DNA of 64,000 bases from Octopus vulgaris (lineage: Eukaryota), in the NCBI GenBank assembly GCA_951406725.2, contig OX597814.1, positions 164,610,001 to 164,674,000 on the forward strand, given 5' to 3'. How positions within the stretch are numbered: position 1 is the stretch's first letter; each line of letters begins with the position of its first letter. Made by a program: the position numbers and the translations under genes. Positions 1-11,111 of this stretch are shown piece after piece. Below the pieces are notes generated by a model. That model made no database searches, was not told the origin of the DNA, and worked only from the letters and a program-made list of their open reading frames with translations.

Positions 1-1473
1 TGCCAAAATTTGAAACCGACATTATATTTAATATAGGAAATGTTGGTCGCAACATGTAAAATATTTTCTCCATTCATCGGAAATGCTTAAAATGGATCTT
101 TGTTCAAGGTTAACGTCATTTTAAAATTACAAAAAAAAAAAAAGAAAAGAAAAAAAAACAGTTAAGAAAGAATTGTAACTTAAGCTATATAAATTTCTAT
201 AAAATTGTGAAACATTTTTTGATCGATGTAATAACATGATTCAATGCCATTATCTCTCAAGAAATCGAATCTGATGCTAAGTTTGAGTCCGTCTTATTTC
301 ATACTATGATTTTCCACTACTTCACATTCTTACTTTTAAAATGTCTAACATTTTCTCTTTCCTTTCTATCTTCAGTCTCTCTTATTCTCTCTCTCTCCCT
401 CTCTCTCTCACACACACACACACGCACACACATATATATAACAGGACCTATGACGTTCCTTCTCCCAACACTTATTTCAAGGAAAACTTATGAAAAAAGA
501 ACAGAGCACTCTACGATATATCTTTTGTTGTTTGTTTTACATCGTCTCATTTTTATCATTAAATACACAGTGTTGGACTTCCTCTTTAAGCTCTGTGAAT
601 TCGCTAAAATAAATACCAGTAATATACTATAAATTTGAATAAATACCAATAATATACTATAAATTTAATCAACTCTGATACAGAAAAATCGAGATTTTTA
701 TTTTTTTTACAAAGTTAAAATCAGTGAAAGAATCAACGCATTTTCTGCGAGACCTCACGCGAGAACTTAGCCTACAGCAGAAAATGACTGATAATTGATT
801 GAATCACAAGACTTATATAATTAGCAGATAACTGATTAAGTGAAATATGAGTATTTTAATTTATTTCTAGTCGATGCTGCAAGATGTTATCCATAGCTTT
901 ACAGGTATTCATTATAAGAAGCAGACACAAATAATATCAAAATCAGGCGACGTCAATTCCAGTGGAACGTATTTCGAAAGCTATTCGTTCAGCATTCAAA
1001 TATCTAACTGAAATATAATCCGGCCAACCTGTTAACTAGTTTATCAGCTTCAGATAATATGCATAGCCGCAATTTTCAGGAAACAATTTCAGCTATTTAA
1101 CCTCAGCTATAGTTATTTCATCACGTGAGCCAGCTTTGGCGTGTCGTGGTCGTGTCACTGTGTGAATCTTCGTGGGCCACTTTCTTATCTAGAATGTCTA
1201 AATAACTTGTATGTTTGGATTGCATAACACTCTAGTTATCTAGTTTTGGGGTAAAAAAAATTTATGACGTAATTATATTGGCCTCCAGTGTTGGTCGTAA
1301 CTTGGTGGTCTACAAAACGATGGAGCTTTTGAAATGTACCTTTTCTTATCACTCAGGATAAGACTAAGCGATCCCCGCTGGTGTGCGTCAGTATGAAATC
1401 TTTTGCTTAATACGAAGGGGCTGGAGCAGAGTCACGTGAAAGTAAGCGAGAGAGACAGAGTGAAGAAGAGGGT

Positions 1474-1511
<38 letters not shown>

Positions 1512-2319
1512 AGGATAGAGAAAGAGGAAGAGAGAGAGAGAGTTGAGAGAAGGAAACTGACTGATTAGCAAAGAGAATGAGTGATGTATAGGCAGATAAA
1601 GCTAAATATAGAGAAAGAGGAAGCGAAACTGAAAGACAGAACAGGAAATAGAGGAAAAGCTACAAACATTTTCAGAGAGGGAAGGGGAAGTGAGATAGAG
1701 AGAAGTGGGGGGGGGGGGGTGAGCCAAAGCATACCGACCCGTATATAAATGGACATATATTTTTTATCACACATACGTACAGAGATACATATATCTGTGT
1801 GTATGTGTGTTGTATTCATATCATATGTACACACATGTACATACATATATACACACAATACATACACACAAACGCACACACAACACATATATATACAAAT
1901 ACATATATATATACATATATAATATATTATATATATATTAATATATATATATATATAGTTAAAGGCTACATTATAATCGTAACCGCAGAAATACTCACAT
2001 AGAGTACAACCATTAACTGGAAGTGGTTCATAAAGGCCACTTTAATAAACGAAATAATATTTATCCGTCATTTATTATGATACAACACATCTTATCCACT
2101 CAGTGTAATGCACTCAACGCATATGAATCAGTGCAATTTTCTTGTGGTATTAGAGATGAAACGAGAAGAAAATATTTGAAACGGTAAATACATAAGATTA
2201 CAAGAATGGAATATATTTTAGCTTAAATGGTCAGAGTTCCGATTCAGCAACTTGTTTTTTTGTTTATTTTTCATTCTTCTCTTTATTTTATCGGTCATTA
2301 GCATTCAGCGCATTTTTTT

Positions 2320-2962
2320 ATCTTTTATCTTTCACTTGTTTTAGTCATTGGACAGCAGCCATGCTGGGGCACCGCCGTGAAATTTTTTTTTAGTCAAATG
2401 TTTCGATACCAGTCCTTATCTTTTAAAATACTGGTACTTATTCTTATTTCTTTACTGCCCACAAGGAGCTACACACGGAGGGGACAAACAAGGTCAGACA
2501 AACGGATTAAGTCGATTATATTGACCCCAGTGCGTAACTGGTACTTAATTTATCGACCCCGAAAAGATGAAAGGCAAAGTCGACCTCGGCGGAATTTGAA
2601 CTCAGAACGTAGCGGTAGACGAAATACCGCTAAGCATTTCGCCCGGTGGGCTAGCATTTCTGCCAGCTCGCCGCTTTAATACTGATACTTATTGTATCGG
2701 TTCTTTCGCCGAACTACTAAGTTACGAGGATGTAAACACACCAGCACCGGTTCTCAAGTGGTGGTGGAGGATACAAAGACACACACACACACACACATAT
2801 GTACAACGGCCTTCTTTCAGTTTCCGTCTATCAAATCCATCCACAAGGCTGTGGTCGACCCGAGGCTATAATAGGAGACGCCCAAGGTGACGCACAGTGG
2901 GACTGCACCCGGAACCATGTGGTTAGGGAGCGAGCTTCTTACCACATAGCCACACCTGCGCC
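2320..2962 (-). mobile_element. SINE family B (tRNA head, CORE-like segment, internal microsatellite), interrupted by a SINE-A copy
   Basis: Matches the full plus-strand copy at 10529-10935 (GGCGCAGG-TGGCT-TGTGGTAAG head, ACCTTGGGC CORE-like segment, CAGCATGGC...ATGACT tail) in reverse orientation. Confidence 0.85.
2444..2676 (-). mobile_element. SINE family A nested in SINE-B
   Basis: Full family-A sequence flanked by a near-identical direct repeat AATACTG(G/A)TACTTATT (target-site duplication, TSD). Confidence 0.9.
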
Positions 2963-3035
2963 AAAATATTTTCTAAATGTCATTTAATTTTGGTACCCAA
3001 AAGTGTTCCTTGAACATGTTCCTAGAATAGTACTC

Positions 3036-3245
3036 TCTTTTACTCTTTACTCTTTTACTTGTTTCAGTCATTTGACTGCGGCCATGCTGGAGCACCGCCT
3101 TTAGTCGATCAAATCGACCCCGGAACTTATTCTTTGTAAGCCCAGTACTTATTCTATCGGTCTCTTTTGCCGAACCGCTAAGTGGCGGGGACGTAAACAC
3201 ACCAGCATCGGTTGTCAAGAAAGGGGGACAAACACAGACACACAA

Positions 3246-3276
<31 letters not shown>

Positions 3277-3432
3277 CATATATACGACAGGCTTCTTTCA
3301 GTTTCCGTCTACCAAATCCACTCACAAGGCATTGGTCGGCCCGGGGTTATAGCAGAAGACATTTGCCCAAGATGCCACGCAGTGGGACTGAACCCGCAAC
3401 CATGTGGTTGGTTAGCAAGCTACTTACCACAC
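3036..3432 (-). mobile_element. SINE family B
   Basis: Near-complete reverse copy with (AGTAAAAG)n-type tail. Confidence 0.9.
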
Positions 3433-3990
3433 GTACAAACAAACATACATGCATGCACAATATGTGCACATGTTCACATGCTTTTATTTAGCTGGATATG
3501 TTGGAACCCGTGGATGAGGATATTTAGTGTATGTTTTTATAAGGATTTTTCTTCAACAGTTTAATGGTGGTTTTAGTTAATAATCGGTATATTTATTCAT
3601 GTGTCTATACGTATGAATATATTTCTAAGAGTGAATGACGAATGTCTGCGAGCATGTGTATACATATACATACACGCACACTCCTACAGTCATACACATA
3701 TTTATACCCATACACATACAATCACATGCAGAGATATGTGTGTGTGCATGTGCGTGCGAATATGAGTATTTGTATGAATGAATGTATATACTTATATATA
3801 ACTATATTCATTCATTCATTCATTCAATCATGCATACATACATACATACATACATACATGCATACATACATACAAACACACATACATACATATGAATGTG
3901 TTTTTGTGTGTTTAATATATATATATGTATATATAATATATATGTAAACAAAATTATATTTTTTTTTAGAAGCGTCGAATGTGAGTCGTG

Positions 3991-4061
<71 letters not shown>

Positions 4062-4102
4062 ATGGAATAATTACGACGAAGCATCGTCTAGAATATTGTA
4101 TA

Positions 4103-4355
4103 ATTGTATAAAGGATCGTGGGTAAGGCTAAAACAATGCGAAGTAAATGCAAGGTAAATCACAAGAAAACAAATAATGAATTAATGTAGACTTACCTTGT
4201 ATTCAATATTTCGGTGTTATGATCCCCATGAAAACGAAGTCCTAAACCCGAAATATTGAATACAAGGTAAGTCTACATTAATTCATATATTTGTTTTCTT
4301 GTGATTTACCTTGCATTTACTTCGCATTGTTTTAGCTTTACCCACGCTCCTTTAC

Positions 4356-4360
<5 letters not shown>
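4103..4360. repeat. Fold-back element: ~112-bp inverted arms, 33-bp spacer, abutting (TA)n
   Basis: 4103-4214 is the reverse complement of 4248-4360 with few mismatches. Confidence 0.95.
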
Positions 4361-4422
<62 letters not shown>

Positions 4423-4609
4423 ATGTGTGTGTGTGTGTGTGTGTGTATGTGCGTAAGTATGTATGTATATGTCTGTGTGTATGAGGAAATATAAGTATGC
4501 ATAAGTATGTAAGTGTATATGTATGTATATATATATATATATCCTACGCATACACACACACTCTCAAACGCACACATATATTATATACAAAAGCATACTT
4601 ACATATACA

Positions 4610-4682
<73 letters not shown>

Positions 4683-4688
<6 letters not shown>

Positions 4689-5270
4689 GTAAAAAGTGAA
4701 AAAACTACAGAAGGCTTGTTTTAAAAGGTTAAAAAATATATATTTGAGTCAATATGTCTGAAGAATGTTATAAATTTTTTCATACAATGACATAGTTTTT
4801 GAAGAAATGACCGGTTTCGTGTTCAGCTTTTCAAATTTCTTACATCGTTATGTTAGTAGTTGCTTTGCGCATTTCTCAATGTGCTCCTTTATACAATTAT
4901 ACCACAATTTTTAATCTTTCCATTTTACCAATGTGCTATCGGAACACCAACACAAATTAGACTAAACAAGGAAACATTCTTCATTGAAAAATGCAAGCCC
5001 AAACTTAACCATTCCAACATACTTATACAGAGAAATTCACTCCAAAAGAAAGGCAAGAAATTTTGGCCGCCATGGGTTTTGCAGTAAATCACTAAATCAT
5101 CCATAACTTTTGTATTATCCTCTCAAATTACACCAAAATCCCAGACAATAACAATTAATATTGTATTTATTGTCTGTGAAAATTATAGAAAATAAAACAA
5201 CTTTGATGAAAAAATTATATCTACTTTTCTGACGAAAACAATGCCGTTCTGAACATTTTGGCCGCAACTG
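4683..5270. mobile_element. Penelope-like element remnant (GIY-YIG C-terminus on +, degenerate hammerhead on -)
   Basis: 4902-5009 encodes PQFLIFPFYQC...RLNKETFFIEKCKPKLN, the R-x-x-x-E-x-x-F-I...P-x-L-N end of PLE GIY-YIG endonucleases. Minus strand 4804-4839 reads GAAAT-TTGAAAA-...-GAAACCGGTC-ATTTC. Adjoins (TA)n. Confidence 0.65.
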
Positions 5271-6035
5271 TATATGTATGTATATACACAAATATATAGA
5301 TAAATACATAATTAATAATATCAGGGTAATAAAGGTTTTAGAAATGTTCACTACCAGTGGTCTATCGTATAGATCCAGAAAATAGATGGTAAATGTTTTT
5401 TTTTCATTTCCTTCGAGATTTTATCCCTAATTAGTGGTTTGAACTTTAGCTGTTCCTTCTAGCGTAAGGGAGTCCGCTGATGGATACCTCTTAATGTGTT
5501 TAAATGTACACTGTATTTCATATATATATGCATATATAAATATGTGTGTATATATATATATACATATATAAATATGTGTGTATATATATATATACATATA
5601 TAAATATGTGTGTATATATTCTTATATGTGTATATATATTCCAATGTATTCCTATATACATGCATATGTATATAAATGTACGCATATGTTCATGTCATCA
5701 TAAATTATTATTTATTTAGGTGTAATGCAAACTATTTCAGAACTAAGCATTCAGAAAATCAAGTCCATAAACAGTGTTAATTCGCAGTATGTTCGGCTCC
5801 ATTTATGCAACAATTTTCTTTATAAAACATATGGGAATTATAACATCGTAATACGTATTCGCAATACACCTGACATTACAAGTACGTGTCACCAGAGAGA
5901 CTGTGAATAATGGTCGTTGTGCAGACTGCCACAATAACTCATATGCTTGCTGTTACAGATAGAATTTAGAACAATACTTTAGAAAATTACTCTAATAATT
6001 TACTGACTAGTAGTTTCAATATCTTGCCCGGCTCC

Positions 6036-6212
6036 TTTTCTTGTTTCAGTCATTGGACTGCAGCCATGCTAGGGCATCGCCTTGACGGATTTGTCAAACA
6101 AATCTACCCCAATACTTATTTTATTTAGGTCTTATACTTTATTGGAATCTCTACCAAACCGCTCGGTTACGGGACCAAAAACAAGACAATACTGTCTGTC
6201 AAGCTGTGGAGA

Positions 6213-6284
<72 letters not shown>

Positions 6285-6285
6285 C

Positions 6286-6317
<32 letters not shown>

Positions 6318-6460
6318 AACACATGTATACGATGGGCTTTTATACACTTTTCTCAACCAAATTTACTCACAAGGTATTGGTCAAATCGAGACTTTAGTAG
6401 AATATACTTGTCACACACGCAGTGGGAATGAAGTCGAGAACATTTGCTTACAAAGTGATC
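6036..6460 (-). mobile_element. SINE family B, degenerate, with expanded (CA)n
   Basis: Tail and middle segments align to the family. Confidence 0.75.
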
Positions 6461-6560
6461 TTGTTCTTGTCCAAAACGCATAAATATCGCTGTCCCAGTA
6501 GATATACGTAAAAAAAAGGACCCACAAATAGAGACAGCGGGGGAGAAACGGTATATATAC

Positions 6561-6794
6561 AGCGAGCTGGCAGAAACGTTAGCACGCCGGACGAAGTGCG
6601 TAGCCGTATTTCGTCTGGCATTATGTTCTGAGTTCAAATTCTGCCGAGGTCGACTTTACCTTTCATCCTTTCGGGGTCGATGAATTAAGTACCAGTTACA
6701 CACTGGGGTTGATGTAATTGACTTAATCCGTTTGTCTGACCTTGTTTGTCCCCTCTGTGTTTGGCCCCTTGTGGATAGTAAAGAAATAGGTATA
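6561..6794 (+). mobile_element. SINE family A
   Basis: GCGAGCTGGCAGAAACG head, GAGTTCAAATTC B-box-like motif, CCTTTCATCCTTTCGGGGTCGAT central domain (resembles the Meta-SINE domain), AAAGAAATAGGTAT end. Confidence 0.9.
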
Positions 6795-7266
6795 CATTAT
6801 GTATGTATGTGTCTGTGTGTATGTGTCTGTGTGTATGTGTGTGTGTACTCGTGAGAGCGTGTAAGTGTGTGCATGAGAGTGTGAGGTCCTACTGCGTGGG
6901 TGTGTGGATGCGTTTGTGTAAGTAGAATTTTGTATGAAGGCTCATTTGTGTACGCTTATGTTTGGGCGCAGCAAAGAACCGAAACGATAGATTAGTAAAG
7001 GTATCAAAGGGTCGTTGGTTAAACATTCTGTCACCACGACAGCGACACAGACGAACATGCTTAATTGTGTTCATCTCGTTGTCGTTGCCAGTAGGCTTTG
7101 TAGTGGTGACGTTGTATAAATCTGACGAGCGTTTCATCGGAGTTACATGCTGAATTCAAGACTTCGTGTGGGTGTGGTACTGTTTTTTTCGGAGAAAGGT
7201 TAGCAACCCATCGCCTAAAAACAACTTACATCTCACAGAGACAAGTGACATACAATGTATTAGTCC

Positions 7267-7289
7267 GTGTATGTGTGTATGCGTGTATG

Positions 7290-7323
<34 letters not shown>

Positions 7324-7600
7324 TGTATGTATGTATGTATGTATGTATGTATGTGTGCATGCACATGTATGTATGTATGTATGGATGTATGTATATATGT
7401 ATGGATGTATGTATGTATGTGTGCATGCACATGTATGTATGTGTGTATGTATGTATGTATGTATGTATATATGTATGTATGTATTATGTATGTATGTATG
7501 TATGAATGTATGTATGTATGTGTGCATGCACATGTATGTATGTGTGTATGTATGTATGTATGTATGTATATATGCATGAATGTATGTATATATGTCTTTG
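7267..7600. repeat. Compound (TATG)n microsatellite with recurring TGTGCATGCACATG unit
   Basis: Three copies of the interrupting motif within the TATG array. Confidence 0.9.
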
Positions 7601-8656
7601 TCTGCGTGTATGTGTATGTATGCGAATGGCTCGATGCGTTTGGTGAAAAGATGATGAATGATGTGTAAGTATATATATTATGTATATGTGTATTTACATG
7701 TATGTACATGTGTTTATATTATTTACTGCCAACATAAATATTAATGCCTAGTGGTCGGTATACTATATCAACACAACAGAAACAAAAACAAAATAAATAT
7801 TTGCAAAAGCAGTAAAACTCCAAATAAATATACTTAGTGTAGTTAACAAGAAGAAAAGAGAAAGAGAAAGGGAGACAGCGAGAGAGGAGGCGAAAGAGAG
7901 AGAAGGAGTAGGGAGGGAGGGAGGGAGGGAGGGAAATAGAAGGCGGTGTGGTGCGGGGGAAATGAATGGATGAAATAAAACTTAGCAAAGAACAAAAGCT
8001 GTAAGTACAAATTGTATAGTAAAGAGGATAAGATTTCGTATTAAAGAGGGTGTGGGTGCAAGCGTACATTCTCTATTGTTGGACATGTTAGTTTTATTAA
8101 ATACAAGTTCAGCAAAAATATTCGTATCGCTATTATCAACAAATATGTTTCACCCTGATTCAAGAAAGTAACCGCTATGCCAGTGCTCGATGTGACAGAA
8201 ATACCAGGCAAAATCTCCCTCGAATCACTGACATTGGTCTTATAGAGTTAAAAAAAACAACGTTTGGGGCACAGATAACGTGCTTCGAGATACATTATAC
8301 TTGAAAGTATAAAGTATATATGTATACATAATGGCCGCAATAGAAACGCTTTTCATCATGAGTCTGACGGACAAAATGTTTTATAAAATGTGCGATTGTT
8401 GCATAAGTTTGTTGAAAAAGTATTTCTTTTCCAGCATCACTGAATGTTTAAAAAATACGAATGCTTGTTGAAAAAAATTTGGTAAACTACTATAGTTTGT
8501 CGCCGAGTTATATATATAAATAGTTGCAGACAGGTTATGTGTCTGACGAGTCGCCTATACTTCTAAGCGCTTTACTATGCGATACCAATGGCCGCTCTAT
8601 GACCGGCCGTAACTTTTAACTTCCTAAAAACTACATACATACATGTCATAACCTGG

Positions 8657-8700
8657 GGGACCTTGAAGATTGCCTTAATGCAGGAAAGTATACTAGTCCC
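8657..8700 (+). ncRNA. Type I hammerhead-like motif in a putative PLE pseudo-LTR (8640-8895)
   Basis: Stem I GGGAC/GTCCC; core CTTGAAGA (one extra T); stem II TTGC/GCAG; GAAA; palindromic stem III AGTATACT; CUA triplet. The module ends at (TA)n. Confidence 0.65.
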
Positions 8701-8892
8701 TTAATATTTGATACTCAATATTTCATCTATTCAATAAGACAATCAATACTTCATTTCATTTTACACTATATATACTATTTATACTATATATTCTATATTC
8801 TACATCAATATTATAAAGAATATAAATAAAACATAAAAACAGACAGAATTCCTTTGAATAATATATATCCCTCTATACACAATCATACAAAC

Positions 8893-8937
<45 letters not shown>

Positions 8938-9083
8938 AAAAGCAATAAAGATTCAAGTTAATTTAAATGAATTTACTTGAATATGGTACCTAACTTAGAT
9001 GCACCAAAAAAACTATACTGTTTTAACAATACAATAATGTGGGGTGATTATAAGCGAGAAAGAAGCAACAAGAATGGATAGGT

Positions 9084-9174
9084 TTTTAGTACAATCGTTT
9101 CATACAAGGACAGGCTTTATTAAAAGTTGCAAAAATTACAGCATATAAACGTGTCCTGTACTCATCAGCTAAAA
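9084..9174 (-). ncRNA. Type I hammerhead ribozyme (mirror copy)
   Basis: Exact reverse complement of 9533-9623. Confidence 0.85.
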
Positions 9175-9532
9175 TACATGTGAGTTCTCTAGACATCCTA
9201 TTGGTTGAGGCTATACTCATGAAGTAGATAATTAAGTAACATAAACAGATTTCCAAAGTTCATTAAAGTTCTATAAAGATGATGTACAGTCTTATCACAG
9301 AATTTTAAAAAAGTTTTAACAGCATCACAGAGAAGGTGACCTAATCCATAGTGCACATATGGATTAGGTCACCTTCTCTGTGATGCTGTTAAAACTTTTT
9401 AAAATTCTGTGATAAGACTGTACATCATCTTTATAGAACTTTAATGAACTTTGGAAATCTGTTTATGTTACTTAATTATCTACTTCATGAGTATAGCCTC
9501 AACCAATAGGATGTCTAGAGAACTCACATGTA

Positions 9533-9623
9533 TTTTAGCTGATGAGTACAGGACACGTTTATATGCTGTAATTTTTGCAACTTTTAATAAAGCCTGTCCT
9601 TGTATGAAACGATTGTACTAAAA
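9533..9623 (+). ncRNA. Type I hammerhead ribozyme
   Basis: Stem I TTTTAG/CTAAAA; CTGATGA 9539-9545; stem II GTACAGGACA/TGTCCT(T)GTAT; GAAA 9606-9609; short stem III AC-GATT-GT; GUA triplet with predicted cleavage after 9617. Confidence 0.85.
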
Positions 9624-9855
9624 ACCTATCCATTCTTGTTGCTTCTTTCTCGCGTATATATATATATATATATATTAATATATATACATACATACATACA
9701 TACATACATACAAAGTATGGGGGTTTAGTTCACAGGTGATCTAAATGATTAAGCACGCTAGGTAAGTGCTGTAACGAATTACTATGGCTCCAAGGTTACA
9801 ACCGAGACGGTAGTTATGGATCCATTGTTGATTTGTGATGTAGTGGATATATAAC

Positions 9856-10019
9856 TGTTAAAGAGGACAACAAACGTACGTTAAGGCAAGGCAAACGGAT
9901 TATCCCATACTCTGGGATATCCCAGAAACAGCTGTAAGACATTGAATTTTTTCCAATGATAATAATGTATATGACTTGAGATGTTTACCTTGTCTTAACG
10001 TTTGTTGTCCTCTTTAACA
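9856..10019. repeat. Short fold-back enclosing the 3' half of a hammerhead
   Basis: Arms 9856-9896 and 9983-10019; TGGGATATCCCA-GAAACAGCTGTA at 9913-9936. Confidence 0.7.
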
Positions 10020-10020
10020 A

Positions 10021-10123
<103 letters not shown>

Positions 10124-10204
10124 TTTCGCTTAGACATTGCGAGACCAATAACTCGGTGTATACGTATGTTTCAGAAAGAAATGTTGGCTGAGTATAGAGC
10201 GGAA

Positions 10205-10321
10205 ATATGAAAGAGAGATGACAAAGGAATAAATGATTATGCTATGAAGTTAATTAGCAGTAAGTTAATGAAATTCATATGATAATCACATATTTCTTTG
10301 TCATTTCTCTGTCTTACATAT
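10205..10321. repeat. Diverged fold-back (~36-40-bp arms) between (TG)n and (CA)n
   Basis: AGAGAGATGACAAAGGAATA..TGATTAT versus ATAATCA..TATTTCTTTGTCATTTCTCT. Confidence 0.7.
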
Positions 10322-10334
10322 AAACACACACACA

Positions 10335-10386
<52 letters not shown>

Positions 10387-10528
10387 AATACACAAACACA
10401 AACGCACGCACGCTCACAAACACTTATATACACACACGCATACACACAAATACACACACAGATAAACACACACATATATACACACACACACACACATACA
10501 CACAGACACACACACATATATATATATA

Positions 10529-10935
10529 GGCGCAGGAGTGGCTGTGTGGTAAGTAGCTTGCTTACCAGCCACATGGTTCTGAGTTCAGTCCCACTGCGTG
10601 GCACCTTGGACAAGTGTCTTCTACTATAGCCCCGGGCCGACCAAAGCCTTGCGAGTGGATTTTGTAAACGGAAACTGAAAGAAGCCCGTCGTATATATAT
10701 GTATATATATGCGTGTGTGTGTTTGTGTGTTTGTGTGTCTGTGTTTGTCCCCACCAACATCACTTGACAACCGATGGTGTTGTGTTTACGTCCTCGTAAA
10801 CTAGCGGTTCGGCAAAAGAAACCGATAGAATAAGTACAAGGCTTACAAAGAATAAGTCCTGGGGTCGATTTCCTCGACTAAAGGCGGTGCTCCAGCATGG
10901 CCGCAGTCAAATGACTGAAACAAATAAAAGAGTAA
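10529..10935 (+). mobile_element. SINE family B, full length
   Basis: A-box TGGCTGTGTGG, B-box GAGTTCAGTCC, CORE-like segment, internal TA/TG tract, conserved tail. A reverse 5' half follows at 10952-11105. Confidence 0.9.
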
Positions 10936-11111
10936 ATGATATATTATATACAAAGGGCTTCTTTCAGTTTCCGTCTACCAAATCAACTCGCAAGGCTTTG
11001 GTCGCCACGATGCTATAGTAGAAGATACTTGCCCAAGGTGCCATGCAGTGAAACTGAATCCGGAACCATGTGTTTGGGAAGCAAGCTTCTTATCACACAG
11101 CCACGATGGGA

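Larger units (their letters stand above)
8935..9653 (-). mobile_element. PLE-type pseudo-LTR with inverted duplication (palindrome 9054-9653) inside (TA)n
   Basis: ~297-bp arms differing by about two single-base indels, centred on GTGCAC. The left arm extends 119 bp further to (TA)n, and (TA)n follows the right arm. Confidence 0.8.

Noticed and set aside
608-666. 30-bp tandem duplication (similar ones at 37260-37325, 41402-41465, 54368-54525, 60478-60545)
   Set aside because: Ordinary slippage duplications.
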